Sequence record: NZ_CP143948.1
Source of the DNA: a plasmid
Length of the DNA: 64,000 nucleotides
Reading direction: 5' to 3' (one strand)
The position numbers were made by a program, and so were the translations under genes. Positions 30,573 to 40,309 of this stretch are shown piece after piece. Numbering within the stretch: the stretch's first letter is position 1; each line of letters starts with the position of its first letter. Below the pieces are notes generated by a model, which was given only the letters and a program-made list of their open reading frames with translations, was not told where the DNA came from and made no database searches.

Positions 30573-30899
30573 TGGCGGAGGGGATGAGTTTTTCATTCCC
30601 TTCATTGCTTTTTCATGAAGGGCGCACTTATGGACAACCAGAGGTCGTCCCAATAAGTTTGCCACAAGTGGCAACCGGTCTGCGTTCACGCTTGCCGGGC
30701 TCGTTCCGTCGGCGGGGCTTTCAGCCAGACCTGCTCATGCCGCAGGAGGCACTCTTCGCCAGAGAGGCGCATTCCATGCAGGCTGCTATGCGCAGGGCAC
30801 TCTTACGCAGAGGGCGTTCCGGCAATGCTGCTTTTCCTAAAACCGAAAGCAATGTTGCCGGAAATCTATGCCGGATGTGCAGAAAGGAGGAATCCAGAC

Positions 30900-32621
30900 A
30901 TGGCGATTTTTCATTACACAGTCAAAATAGTCGGACGAAGTAAAGGGAAATCTGTTATCTCCGCTTCCGCATATCTCAATGGGGATGTGATGAAAAACGA
31001 GGAAACCGGGAGAATCAGTTATTACACTTCTAAAAAAGAAATGGTCTACACTCGGCTGATGATGTGTGAAAACGCACCTCCTGAATGGCAGATAGTACCA
31101 GAAGAAAATATAAAACGCTTTCAAAAATCTGTCCGATACAAAAGATCAGAAGATAAAGAAGCTGCTTTAGAAAAATTTAAAATCACATTTCAGAAACAAA
31201 GGTTATGGAATGAGGTATTGAAGATTGAAAAAAATGCAGATGCCCAACTTGGCAGGTCATTTGAATTTGCCCTTCCCAAAGAATGGAACAGACAGGAACA
31301 AATTCAATATACAACTGACTATATTCAAAAAACTTTTGTAGATAGAGGAATGTGTGCTGATTGGAGTATCCACGATAAAGGGGATGGCAACCCCCATGTC
31401 CATCTGCTTCTGACTATGCGTCCTTTTAACCCGGATCATTCTTGGGGAAAGAAAGAAGTCAAGGATTGGGATTTTCTCAGAGATAAAAACGGAAATATCG
31501 TGATTGATGAATCCCATCCGAACTGGTGGCAGGATAAGAAAAACCCTGACCGTCATGGAATCCGTATCCCTGTATTAGACGAAAACGGAATTCAGAAGAT
31601 GGGTGCAAGAAACCGCCTGCAATGGAAACGGGTGCTGACCGATGCTAACGGATGGAACAATCCAAAAAATTGTGAACTGTGGCGGAGTGAATGGGCAAAG
31701 GTGTGTAATGAACATCTTCCTTTGCATAATCAGGTCGATCACCGTTCTTATGAAAAACAGGGAAAACTCCAGATTCCTACCATCCATGAAGGCGCTGACG
31801 CAAGAAAGATTGAACAAAAGTTTCTTGCCGGGCAGGAAATAAAAGGTTCGTGGAAAGTAGCGGAAAATCAAATCATAAAACAACAAAACACGTTATTGCA
31901 AAAGATACTGGACACCTTTGGAAAAGTATCGGGTGCATTATCATTATGGAAGGAGCGATTAAATGACATTAGAAGAAAGCCGGGAAATTATACCCTTAAT
32001 GGAATCCATGATTGGGCAAATCGAAGAACAGCAGACCTTAATGGCAGAAATGATTCTGGAAATGCAGAACCGGGACACCCAACTCTCTCTTATGCAGGAA
32101 CAGAATCAGAAATTGCAAAAATTAAACAGCGAGTTATCCGAGCTGCTCAACATTTTGCCAAATACCGAGGAACTGCTTTCCAAGATGGAAGAACAGAAAA
32201 CGAAGATAGAACTTTTGGAAAACGAAAATCAGCAATGGCAGAAATTGGTACAGAAACTGAACAGCGAAAACAGTTTATTACTGAAACAGAACACCGAATT
32301 GCTGAACTGGAACAGCAGATAGAGAAAGGACGTGATATAGATGAACGAATCCAGAGAATCAAAGAACGCCGAACAGTTGGAAGAACTTCTCCTCTTGACC
32401 GAGGAGATACAAGAAGAACTGGAACAGAAAGACCAGCTTATCGTGGAACTGAAGACGCAGCTCAACGAATCTCTGACCTTGAACGAGAAATTAAACAAAG
32501 AGAACAGAGCCGGGAATATTCAATCATTAAAGAACGACTTGAAGATGGCAGACAGAGCATTGCGGATCGAGAAAGAAAAGCTGCGAAGCGCAAACGTCAC
32601 TATAGAGGATTGTCAAGATAA
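30900..32621 (+). CDS. MobA/MobL-family relaxase (MOBQ); the 3' part is questionable and may be frameshifted
   Basis: Start at MAIFHYTVKIV with an AAGGAGG RBS. A catalytic Tyr-containing N-terminus and an HVHLLLTMRPF His motif. After ~31960 the frame-0 translation becomes G/R/T-rich low complexity while frame +1 carries RBS-preceded ORFs. Confidence 0.6.
   Translation: MAIFHYTVKIVGRSKGKSVISASAYLNGDVMKNEETGRISYYTSKKEMVYTRLMMCENAPPEWQIVPEENIKRFQKSVRYKRSEDKEAALEKFKITFQKQRLWNEVLKIEKNADAQLGRSFEFALPKEWNRQEQIQYTTDYIQKTFVDRGMCADWSIHDKGDGNPHVHLLLTMRPFNPDHSWGKKEVKDWDFLRDKNGNIVIDESHPNWWQDKKNPDRHGIRIPVLDENGIQKMGARNRLQWKRVLTDANGWNNPKNCELWRSEWAKVCNEHLPLHNQVDHRSYEKQGKLQIPTIHEGADARKIEQKFLAGQEIKGSWKVAENQIIKQQNTLLQKILDTFGKVSGALSLWKERLNDIRRKPGNYTLNGIHDWANRRTADLNGRNDSGNAEPGHPTLSYAGTESEIAKIKQRVIRAAQHFAKYRGTAFQDGRTENEDRTFGKRKSAMAEIGTETEQRKQFITETEHRIAELEQQIEKGRDIDERIQRIKERRTVGRTSPLDRGDTRRTGTERPAYRGTEDAAQRISDLEREIKQREQSREYSIIKERLEDGRQSIADRERKAAKRKRHYRGLSR
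31963..32322 (+). CDS. coiled-coil protein, possibly the displaced C-terminal segment of the relaxase
   Basis: GGAAGGAG RBS 7 nt upstream. Heptad-rich LxxLxxL sequence. Confidence 0.4.
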   Translation: MTLEESREIIPLMESMIGQIEEQQTLMAEMILEMQNRDTQLSLMQEQNQKLQKLNSELSELLNILPNTEELLSKMEEQKTKIELLENENQQWQKLVQKLNSENSLLLKQNTELLNWNSR

Positions 32622-33306
32622 AATACGCTGCTTAACACAGGAACGGGATTATGCCCGGACACATCAGAAAATCGTAGAGATACCGGTGGAAAAGCCGGTA
32701 CTCTATGAAAAATGTGAAGCCTGTGACCGGGCAGCCTATCAGAATGCAAAAACGAAATACGAAACACAAAAAGAGCGACTTGCCGGACAGTATAAAGCAA
32801 AAACGGTAATGTTCCAAACAACCTTGTTTCTTCTTGCATGGTATTCGCTGATATCCACTCTTTTTCAGGCAATACAGTCAGATGTGCTCCTTTCCGATTG
32901 TAAATCATTCTTCAATGATTTAGCATCATTCATACAAACCTTTGTCGGATGGACGATTGATGCCGGGCATTCTGCGGCACAGATTAGTACAAAAATTCCA
33001 AATGCTTTTATAGCCGGAATGGTATATTGGTTATTGCTAATATTGATTGTAGGAATATGTATGGCAGGAACAGGGATGCTGGCGATACTGATAGAAATAA
33101 AGGTTATAGAATTATATAAGAAAAACTGTTGGGATGTTATTACTCTACTAATGATACTGACAAGTGTTGCTATTGTCATTTATTTTGGAGAATCAATCAA
33201 AAAAGTACTGTCAGTAAATCTTCTATTGCTTTTCGTACTTTCGCAGGGCGCATATGTTGGAATTAGATGTTATCTTAAAGTTTGGTTAGAAAAAAGACCA
33301 TATTAG
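32341..33306 (+). CDS. hypothetical protein with an N-terminal coiled coil and four C-terminal TM helices
   Basis: 321 aa. The C-terminal hydrophobic segments argue that the ORF is real. Confidence 0.5.
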   Translation: MNESRESKNAEQLEELLLLTEEIQEELEQKDQLIVELKTQLNESLTLNEKLNKENRAGNIQSLKNDLKMADRALRIEKEKLRSANVTIEDCQDKIRCLTQERDYARTHQKIVEIPVEKPVLYEKCEACDRAAYQNAKTKYETQKERLAGQYKAKTVMFQTTLFLLAWYSLISTLFQAIQSDVLLSDCKSFFNDLASFIQTFVGWTIDAGHSAAQISTKIPNAFIAGMVYWLLLILIVGICMAGTGMLAILIEIKVIELYKKNCWDVITLLMILTSVAIVIYFGESIKKVLSVNLLLLFVLSQGAYVGIRCYLKVWLEKRPY

Positions 33307-33501
33307 TATTTTCAACTTACTGTATAGACAGTAAAATTACTCCATACCAGCCTAGTGAAAATTTACTGTATGAAAAGAAGTATTACAGAGAAAAAAGGCT
33401 GTAAAAACAGGAACAGCCAGCCCGAAAGAATTTACGGACTGGCTGTATCAGCAGAGTAATGTAATTGTGGAGCTGACCGAGATATGAAAAGCTTTCTATC
33501 A

Positions 33502-35838
33502 TCAATTTCGCATTATTGCAATAACAGATTGCTTCTTCCATGAATGAATAAGCAATATTGTCATCAAACTTTCAAGCATAAACATAGCAACAGCAAAAAG
33601 AGTAAAAGCAACAACCGGAAATACAAATCCCGTAGACATGCCTGCATTTTTCAAAAATATACCGATTGCATATCCGCCGGGGATTCCAACAACAGCAGTT
33701 ATAAGCAATGCAATCAAAGTAGTAAAAAGACCTTCCATCATAAATGCTTGCTTCAACTGCTTATTTGTCATACCAATAGATTTTAGTGTGCCCATTTCCT
33801 GTTTGTGTGATAAAAGATTTGTCACAGTAAGATTGATTTGATTGATGACCGCAAATATCCACAAGATGGCTGCAATCGCATAAGCTAATGTAAAACCTGC
33901 ACGATTGTCTGATTGGTGTTCTACAATAAAATCTTGAAGGGTTTGTAAGCGAACATCCCTATTGTCAGAAACGAGTAATTTGAGTTCTTGCTCGATTATC
34001 TCCTGATATTCAGCTTCTGCTTGTATTTCGATTGCGTATGTACAGTCATAACCTGCAAGTTCTTTGAGCATATTTTCCGGCATTCTGAAAATATAGCCAC
34101 CCATTCCATCATTGCTGGAAGTGATTGCACCAATTTTGAATGCTTTTGTTATTGTTTTACCACTATGATTTTTGAAATTAAAGGTCACAGTATCCCCAAT
34201 TTGAGGTTTCCAATGGTAAACATCATAAATACGTTCGGGATCACTTACAACTAATTCTGTATCATCAGTAATATTTCCAGATAAAACCGCTGCATTTAGC
34301 GACGCCAAATCCTTTTCATTATAGCCGAGCATCAAGGTGCTATCTGAAATATCATTGTCTGTTGAAAAATCAACTGGTACGGTAGCATAAGTAAATATAT
34401 TGCTAACTCCCTCTATATCTCCAACACGCTTTACATAATCAGAAAAATATTCTTTCTGCAAGAGAGCATCCAAATTTTCACTTTCGTTTTCTAAATCAAT
34501 GCTGATTTTGAAATCTCCGTACTTCATATCCCAATAACGAGCCATACTCTCGGCATTAAAAGAACTCTGATAACTTGCTGCAAGGAAAAATATAACTCCG
34601 CACAGTCCCAATGATAAAATGGTCAATAGAGATTTTTTTCTGTTTCTGGAAAAGCTGATTTTCGCTAAATATACAGGCGTAATACGATGTCTTTTGTGAG
34701 TGCGGTAATTTACAATTCCCACTGGATTTTTCAGGGCGGAAATTGGAGAAGTATTCGCTGCAATTTTTGCTGGTTTACGAACACTAATATAAACAAGCAG
34801 TATTCCAAAAAGGCATGCGCCACATAGAGAAACAATAAATGCAAATACTGACCAGCCTTTTGATTGCAGACAATAGCTGATGATCGTTCCCATGATACTA
34901 CCAATTAAAATCCCCGGAACTGCAAGCATATAACCCTGTTTAAGAACTATTTTATAAATTTGCTTTTTACTTGCCCCTATTGTCCGAAGCTGTCCGAACT
35001 CAGCAACTTTTTGTCCAACCGAAATATAGAAAATGCTGTAAATTACAAGTGCGGCAGCTAAAAACAAAATGGCAGCAACTACACCATATACCGCATAATT
35101 ACTGAAGGACAAAGTTGTATTTACATAATCATAGTAACTGCTGACTGTCCAATTATTCAGTCCAGTCTCCTCTGAAATTTGAGATAATATTTCTGTTGCT
35201 TCGTCTTTTGTAAGGGTATCTGCATTTTCAAGCCAAACATATCCATTAAGCAGGTTATTTCCACGTAATTCCCGGCATTTTTCAAGTGAAACAAAAACAG
35301 GATAAGCGGTAGAAGTTTTATCATGATAAATACCAACAATAGTATAATTCTTCAAAGTACCATCCAGATTCAACTGAACTATGGCGTTGATTTCCGGAGA
35401 CTTATTTTCACTGGCAAAAAAGGCATCTGTAACAGCAATTTCACTTGCTTTCTCTGGATATTTTCCGTCAAAGGCAGGAATCAAACTAAGCATGTCATCA
35501 TCATAATAAATCAGAGACAGTTCTTTAGAATTTTCTTTCACTGTTTTGATATTACAGGAAAGTCCTACACTTTTTACTTCTTCGTTTGCTAACAACTTTT
35601 CTTTACTGTCCTGCGTAATGTCAAAGAAAATCCCTTGATGTAATCCTTCGATTTCTTTCTGATTTTGATAAATGATATTTTGCACTGTGAGCAACGACAT
35701 CATTATCATAGCAACGGCTACAATAATTGCCGAAAGGCAAAATAAGTTTTTCTTCTTATCAAAACGCACACTTTTTCGTGCTAATTTTTTAATTACTGCA
35801 CTGGTATCATTTTCAAAAGGATAATTCATAATTCCCAC
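33502..35838 (-). CDS. ABC transporter permease, FtsX/MacB-type (two FtsX domains)
   Basis: 778 aa with multiple TM segments and a large extracytoplasmic domain. Coupled to the upstream ATPase. Confidence 0.75.
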   Translation of the reverse strand: MGIMNYPFENDTSAVIKKLARKSVRFDKKKNLFCLSAIIVAVAMIMMSLLTVQNIIYQNQKEIEGLHQGIFFDITQDSKEKLLANEEVKSVGLSCNIKTVKENSKELSLIYYDDDMLSLIPAFDGKYPEKASEIAVTDAFFASENKSPEINAIVQLNLDGTLKNYTIVGIYHDKTSTAYPVFVSLEKCRELRGNNLLNGYVWLENADTLTKDEATEILSQISEETGLNNWTVSSYYDYVNTTLSFSNYAVYGVVAAILFLAAALVIYSIFYISVGQKVAEFGQLRTIGASKKQIYKIVLKQGYMLAVPGILIGSIMGTIISYCLQSKGWSVFAFIVSLCGACLFGILLVYISVRKPAKIAANTSPISALKNPVGIVNYRTHKRHRITPVYLAKISFSRNRKKSLLTILSLGLCGVIFFLAASYQSSFNAESMARYWDMKYGDFKISIDLENESENLDALLQKEYFSDYVKRVGDIEGVSNIFTYATVPVDFSTDNDISDSTLMLGYNEKDLASLNAAVLSGNITDDTELVVSDPERIYDVYHWKPQIGDTVTFNFKNHSGKTITKAFKIGAITSSNDGMGGYIFRMPENMLKELAGYDCTYAIEIQAEAEYQEIIEQELKLLVSDNRDVRLQTLQDFIVEHQSDNRAGFTLAYAIAAILWIFAVINQINLTVTNLLSHKQEMGTLKSIGMTNKQLKQAFMMEGLFTTLIALLITAVVGIPGGYAIGIFLKNAGMSTGFVFPVVAFTLFAVAMFMLESLMTILLIHSWKKQSVIAIMRN

Positions 35839-35843
35839 CTCCT

Positions 35844-36515
35844 TTAGCCAACAATTTTACCATCTTCAATCCGTACAATGCGGTCTGCGAGTTGAGCGAT
35901 CTCGTTGTTGTGAGTAATCATTACAATGGTCTGATTAAATTCTCCGCTGGTATGCTTCAAAAGCCCTAACACATCTGCACTGGTCTTGCTATCAAGATTT
36001 CCGGTCGGTTCATCAGCAAGGATAATCGCAGGCTTCGTAATTAAAGCTCGTGCAATCGCTACACGTTGCTGTTGACCGCCTGAAAGATTGTTCGGCATAT
36101 TTTCCAGTTTATCTTCTAAAGCCAACATATACACAACTTCGTCCATAAATTTCTGGTCTACTGTATCGCCATCCAGTTCCACAGGCAGGACGATATTTTC
36201 ATATACATTCAAAATCGGAACCAGATTATAATTTTGGAAGATAAATCCGATGTTACGACGGCGGAAAATTGTCAATTCATCATCATTCTTTTTTGCGAGT
36301 TCTTCTCCCCGTACAATCACGCTGCCGGAAGTGGGGGTATCAAGTCCTCCCATCATGTGAAGCAATGTAGACTTACCGCTGCCGGAAGTTCCAACTACGG
36401 CAACAAATTCTCCCTGTTCCACAGTAAAATTTACACCATTAAGGGCACGAGTAATATTTGGTTCTGTGCCGTAATACTTCTTTAAGTCGATTGTTTGTAA
36501 AATGCTCATATTCAA
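35844..36515 (-). CDS. ABC transporter ATP-binding protein (MacB/LolD/BceA-like)
   Basis: Walker [10 protein letters not shown], signature [15 protein letters not shown], Walker [12 protein letters not shown]. Confidence 0.85.
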   Translation of the reverse strand: MNMSILQTIDLKKYYGTEPNITRALNGVNFTVEQGEFVAVVGTSGSGKSTLLHMMGGLDTPTSGSVIVRGEELAKKNDDELTIFRRRNIGFIFQNYNLVPILNVYENIVLPVELDGDTVDQKFMDEVVYMLALEDKLENMPNNLSGGQQQRVAIARALITKPAIILADEPTGNLDSKTSADVLGLLKHTSGEFNQTIVMITHNNEIAQLADRIVRIEDGKIVG

Positions 36516-36575
36516 ATGCTCCTTTCAAGGCTTTCTATCTGTTGATAAAGCCATTGTAAACCACAAATGTTACAC

Positions 36576-36646
36576 AAATGTCCGAGATAGAAAAAATTTT
36601 TATCGAAAATCAGAGTGAAATGTTACAACGCTCGGACATTTCAAAA
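36576..36646. promoter_or_regulatory. two inverted copies of the AAATGTCCGAG / TGTTACA motif in the HK-ABC intergenic region
   Basis: aaatgttacacAAATGTCCGAG at 36566-36586 and aaatgttacaacgCTCGGACATTT at 36618-36641. A third copy is upstream of the RR gene. Confidence 0.5.
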
Positions 36647-36660
36647 AAAGTGGTTATATC

Positions 36661-37692
36661 TTACCTTACAGGAAGCATAATAGAAAATTCTGAGCCTTGC
36701 CTCAGCTCTGAAACGACCTTGATATAGCCCCCTTGCCTTGTTACAATCTCACGAGCCAAATACAAACCTATTCCCACACCCTGTTGATCGTGTACTTCTT
36801 CCTCACGATAGAAGCGCCGGAAGATGGCAGCCTGATTGCTTTCTGAAATGCCCTTGCCGGTGTCGGTCACTTTGACCTCTACGTACATTTCCCACTGAAC
36901 CACTGATACAGAAATCTTTCCACCTGACGGAGTGTATTTTACTGCATTGTCCAGCAGATTGAAAAGGGCTTCGCTTGTCCACTTGCTGTCATGGGAGATT
37001 ATCAAATTTTCCGGGCAATCCACGGATACAGCAATTTCTTTTTTCTCTGCGGCATATACAATACTGCTCATGGCTTGTGCAAGCGTATGGAATAAGCTGC
37101 TGTCTTTCTTTTCTAATCGTATTGCTCCGGTTTCCAACCGGGACGTTTTAACCAGTGCTTGGAACAGAAAATCCAGTTTATCAGTCTGACTGCGTATGCC
37201 TTGTAAAAAGTCCATCCGTTCTTCTTCTGAAACAGGCTTTGTTAAAAGTGTGTCCGTTACCATTTGCAAATTGCTGACAGGCGTTTTAACTTGATGTGAA
37301 ATATCAGAAATCAGCATTTGAAGCTCCTGTCGTTCCATGTCTACCTTGTGCCGGTTTTTCTGCATAATCTCATACAACCGAATTAAGCGGTGGTTGATAC
37401 GGGCAAAAAGAGTTTCACTATCATTTGACTTTTGTAATTCCTCGTTTCCATCAATCATGTTGTCCAGCGTCCGGCACAAATTAGAAGTAAAATGAGAAAG
37501 GCGTTTTCCAAAAATCAGCACCAATAGCCAAATCCAGAAAAACGCACAGAGTGTCAATGTTCCACCCACTATAAAAATTCGTATATCCTGCATTATACCG
37601 CCGAAAATACCGGTAATTACCAGCATAGAGAAAACCATGCCAGCACTAACCAGTCTACAAATTTTCTTAGCAGAAAGGTTATTCAGATTCAT
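36661..37692 (-). CDS. intramembrane-sensing histidine kinase (BceS/VraS-like)
   Basis: Two N-terminal TM helices with a very short loop, H-box MLISDISHQVKTP, and HATPase (GVGIGLYLAREI). Start placed at MNLNN, overlapping the RR stop (ATGA). Confidence 0.75.
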   Translation of the reverse strand: MNLNNLSAKKICRLVSAGMVFSMLVITGIFGGIMQDIRIFIVGGTLTLCAFFWIWLLVLIFGKRLSHFTSNLCRTLDNMIDGNEELQKSNDSETLFARINHRLIRLYEIMQKNRHKVDMERQELQMLISDISHQVKTPVSNLQMVTDTLLTKPVSEEERMDFLQGIRSQTDKLDFLFQALVKTSRLETGAIRLEKKDSSLFHTLAQAMSSIVYAAEKKEIAVSVDCPENLIISHDSKWTSEALFNLLDNAVKYTPSGGKISVSVVQWEMYVEVKVTDTGKGISESNQAAIFRRFYREEEVHDQQGVGIGLYLAREIVTRQGGYIKVVSELRQGSEFSIMLPVR

Positions 37693-38378
37693 TTCTTTTC
37701 GCCTCCTGTCCATTGATACCCCATACCATAAACCGTTTTGATATATGTGTCGCCATCCGCTTCAATCTTACTGCGAATACGGCTGATAGAAGTAGTAAGG
37801 GTATGTTCATCTACATATTTTTCATCAACATCCCACAGTTTTTCTAAAAATTGTTGGCGAGTAAGTACCTGCTTCGGATTTTTAAGAAATAGGTTCAACA
37901 TTTTATATTCCATCGCAGAAAGTGCTAATGGTTTCCCGTTCAAACTTGCAAATTGTTCCGAAAAATCCAGAAACAAGCTACCATCCTCGTAAATATCCTT
38001 AGCTGGTTTGTGATGCTCCAACATAGCGAACATGGCTTTGATTTTTCGCTGCAAAGCACTAATCGAAAAAGGTTTCGTGATATAATCCACTGCACCAGCT
38101 TCATATCCCCGTATCTGATTGCTTTCCTGATCGTTGGCAGTTAGAAATATAACTACTGTATCAGGATGCTCTGGCTTGATAAGACGGCATAGGTCATAAC
38201 CATTTCCGTCTGGTAAATTTATATCCAGCAATACCAAATCAAAAATGTTTGTTTTTAATGATTCAGCGGCTGTCCTTGCATTCAGAACAGAAGTTATTGT
38301 GTAACCGTCCAATTCCAAATTATAAGTAAGCGTTTTATTCAAAAGATTATCATCTTCGACAATTAAAATATGCTTCAT
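37689..38378 (-). CDS. OmpR/BceR-family response regulator
   Basis: MKHILIVEDD...LLDINLPDGNG receiver domain and a winged-helix output domain (YIKTVYGMGYQW). AAGGAAG RBS. Confidence 0.8.
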   Translation of the reverse strand: MKHILIVEDDNLLNKTLTYNLELDGYTITSVLNARTAAESLKTNIFDLVLLDINLPDGNGYDLCRLIKPEHPDTVVIFLTANDQESNQIRGYEAGAVDYITKPFSISALQRKIKAMFAMLEHHKPAKDIYEDGSLFLDFSEQFASLNGKPLALSAMEYKMLNLFLKNPKQVLTRQQFLEKLWDVDEKYVDEHTLTTSISRIRSKIEADGDTYIKTVYGMGYQWTGGEKK

Positions 38379-38418
38379 ATTATCACTTCCTTTTCTTTTT
38401 GCAGATAGTATAACAGGC

Positions 38419-38429
38419 AAATGTCCGAG
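38419..38429. promoter_or_regulatory. third copy of the AAATGTCCGAG motif, upstream of the response-regulator gene
   Basis: caggcAAATGTCCGAGaattgttacaagg. Confidence 0.45.
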
Positions 38430-38627
38430 AATTGTTACAAGGACAAATATATTTTTCATTTTACAGCTTTTTTCTGTGTACTGCAATTTTATAAAAGAAA
38501 GGACAGCAGTGTCAAATTGCTGTCCTTTCTTTTATCATAGCTGGTAGTGTAGAAGCGTGGGTTCATCATATCGGGTGTGGTATCTTTAACTACAGGAAAC
38601 TCCCTACAACACTATCTCACTTCTTGC

Positions 38628-38867
38628 TTAATAAAGTTCTAATGAATCTTCTGTATCCACCCACATCTGTAAATTGCCATCAAGATATAATCTTGCATAT
38701 TCCAAAGGCTCATCCACAGCCAATGAAGTAAGCGCACATTCTGATCCATATGTGGTTTTTAAATTTTTTTCAGCTTCCCAGCAATCAATGCGAAGCATAT
38801 ATCCAGCACTTGTGTAAACATCAATACTATCGTGGTTTATATTATATTCTGCATAAATTGTTCTCAT
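38628..38867 (-). CDS. hypothetical protein (79 aa) at the right edge of the element
   Basis: ORF followed by a bidirectional terminator at 38498-38537. Confidence 0.35.
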   Translation of the reverse strand: MRTIYAEYNINHDSIDVYTSAGYMLRIDCWEAEKNLKTTYGSECALTSLAVDEPLEYARLYLDGNLQMWVDTEDSLELY

Positions 38868-39192
38868 CGTATCTTATCTCCATTTTCTTTTGATAATCAG
38901 TTACAGAGTTAAATATCGAAAACATTTCAATCAGTTCACCATGTCGTTATTGTTATATGTTATATTGTGTTATGAAATTTTCTTTCCCTTAATTTTTCCC
39001 ATATTAAGGTTCATGAAAAGCAATGGGAAAATGTAACACAAGGGAAAGAGTAAGGGAAAGTTCACTTGCTACAAACTTAGTATTTTCAAGGGTTTGCGAA
39101 GAATTTGATAATCAAATATAACAGTTATTAAATTTCCTAAAATATGTGAAATATCAATTATAATTTGATAAGCTCCTCTAAGAGATTATGTT

Positions 39193-39543
39193 TCAATTTT
39201 CTTCTATGTATTTCACTACTCTATCTATATTTCCGCTTTCATATTCATCATGTGTTAATTTGAAACACTCATCCTTACTAACACTGCTGTAGTCTATATA
39301 CCTAGCAATATCTTCTGGAATTAAAAACAAGTTTACTCCTTCTCGTTTCAGCGATTGTAAATCTCCGTGATTGACATCAACAATTACTTCCGCTTCCCAA
39401 TTTTTTGCTTTAATTGCAGACTGTAAATTTTCTTTTAATACAGTACTTCTCTTTTTTTTAAAAATATTAAAATGTCCATCATGTCCAACCTGTGAATTTC
39501 TCCCATTAGTTACATAGGGTACAATGGCTATTTTTTTTATCAT
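39193..39543 (-). CDS. hypothetical protein (116 aa)
   Basis: AAAGGAGGA RBS 8 nt before ATG 39543. Starts MIKKIAIVPYVTNGRNSQVGHDGHF. No confident family assignment. Confidence 0.4.
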   Translation of the reverse strand: MIKKIAIVPYVTNGRNSQVGHDGHFNIFKKKRSTVLKENLQSAIKAKNWEAEVIVDVNHGDLQSLKREGVNLFLIPEDIARYIDYSSVSKDECFKLTHDEYESGNIDRVVKYIEEN

Positions 39544-39624
39544 TAACTTGTCCTCCTTTTCCACTTCTTATAACTTCTAATTTTACTTAAACTTTTTTCA
39601 CCTTAAAAAACTGGGATTTTCGCA

Positions 39625-40005
39625 TTATTTCTGTTGTGCCTTAACAAAAATGCTCTCTGTTACAAGGGCTATCGTTATAAGGGCTCCTACAAGGGAGTAA
39701 TTGTTTAATCCATACATCAACGGCATAAGAGAAATAACTGCTGTAATAATCGAAAGAACAAACAAGGCGTTAAAAACGCTATCTTTCTTCAAAGAAATCA
39801 ACGAAAGCAACAAAATAACAACAGTAAGTATGGCTGTAATAAGTGGAGCAAAATTTGCATATCCAAACGGTATAAGACTAAAGTATGAAAATGTTTCTCT
39901 TACTCTTTCTGTTGGAGATGGAGCAAAAGTACAAACTGCTCCCAGTGGTAATGCTTCTAACACTATTGTTAAAGCCGGAAAAACCACTAAGCTGATTTTT
40001 TTCAT
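39625..40005 (-). CDS. hypothetical small integral membrane protein
   Basis: 126 aa with 3-4 hydrophobic segments. Confidence 0.45.
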   Translation of the reverse strand: MKKISLVVFPALTIVLEALPLGAVCTFAPSPTERVRETFSYFSLIPFGYANFAPLITAILTVVILLLSLISLKKDSVFNALFVLSIITAVISLMPLMYGLNNYSLVGALITIALVTESIFVKAQQK

Positions 40006-40054
40006 GTTGTGTACCTCCGTCTACAAATCGTGGTTTGTTGATGCAAAACTATTA

Positions 40055-40210
40055 AGACTTATCTTCGTTATTATCGCTCTTAAATAAACCGATAATAACA
40101 ACAATCAGACCTAAAACACCACCTCCAAACGCAATGATATTATCTATGGATAGAGCAATTGCCGCAAGAATGATTGCTATACCCAATAACATTATTTTTG
40201 TTCCCATTCA
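40055..40210 (-). CDS. unannotated 51-aa membrane peptide
   Basis: MGTKIMLLGIAIILAAIALSIDNIIAFGGGVLGLIVVIIGLFKSDNNEDKS. Strong AAGGAGG RBS. Below the track's 60-aa cut-off. Confidence 0.45.
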
Positions 40211-40309
40211 TTCCGCCTCCTTCCTATTTGGTGCTTCATCTGCTCCAGACAAAACACCATTATGGCAAAAGTTAGCAATAAAAACATCATTCATAGTGCA
40301 TCCCTCTAA

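Larger units (their letters stand above)
27651..39060. mobile_element. integrative mobilizable element (~11.4 kb) flanked by similar att-like sequences
   Basis: Int at the left edge, XRE, Xis, DUF3847, MobA/MobL relaxase and a cargo TCS plus ABC module. Related TTTCCCTTAxTTTTTxCC...CACAAGGGAAA..TAAGGGAAA sequences at 27651-27699 and 38984-39060. Confidence 0.6.

Noticed and set aside
30572-30943. 123-aa ORF (MAEGMSFSF...) upstream of and overlapping the relaxase
   Set aside because: Arg/Pro-rich improbable composition. It overlaps the true relaxase start at 30900, which has a strong RBS. Likely non-coding leader or oriT region.
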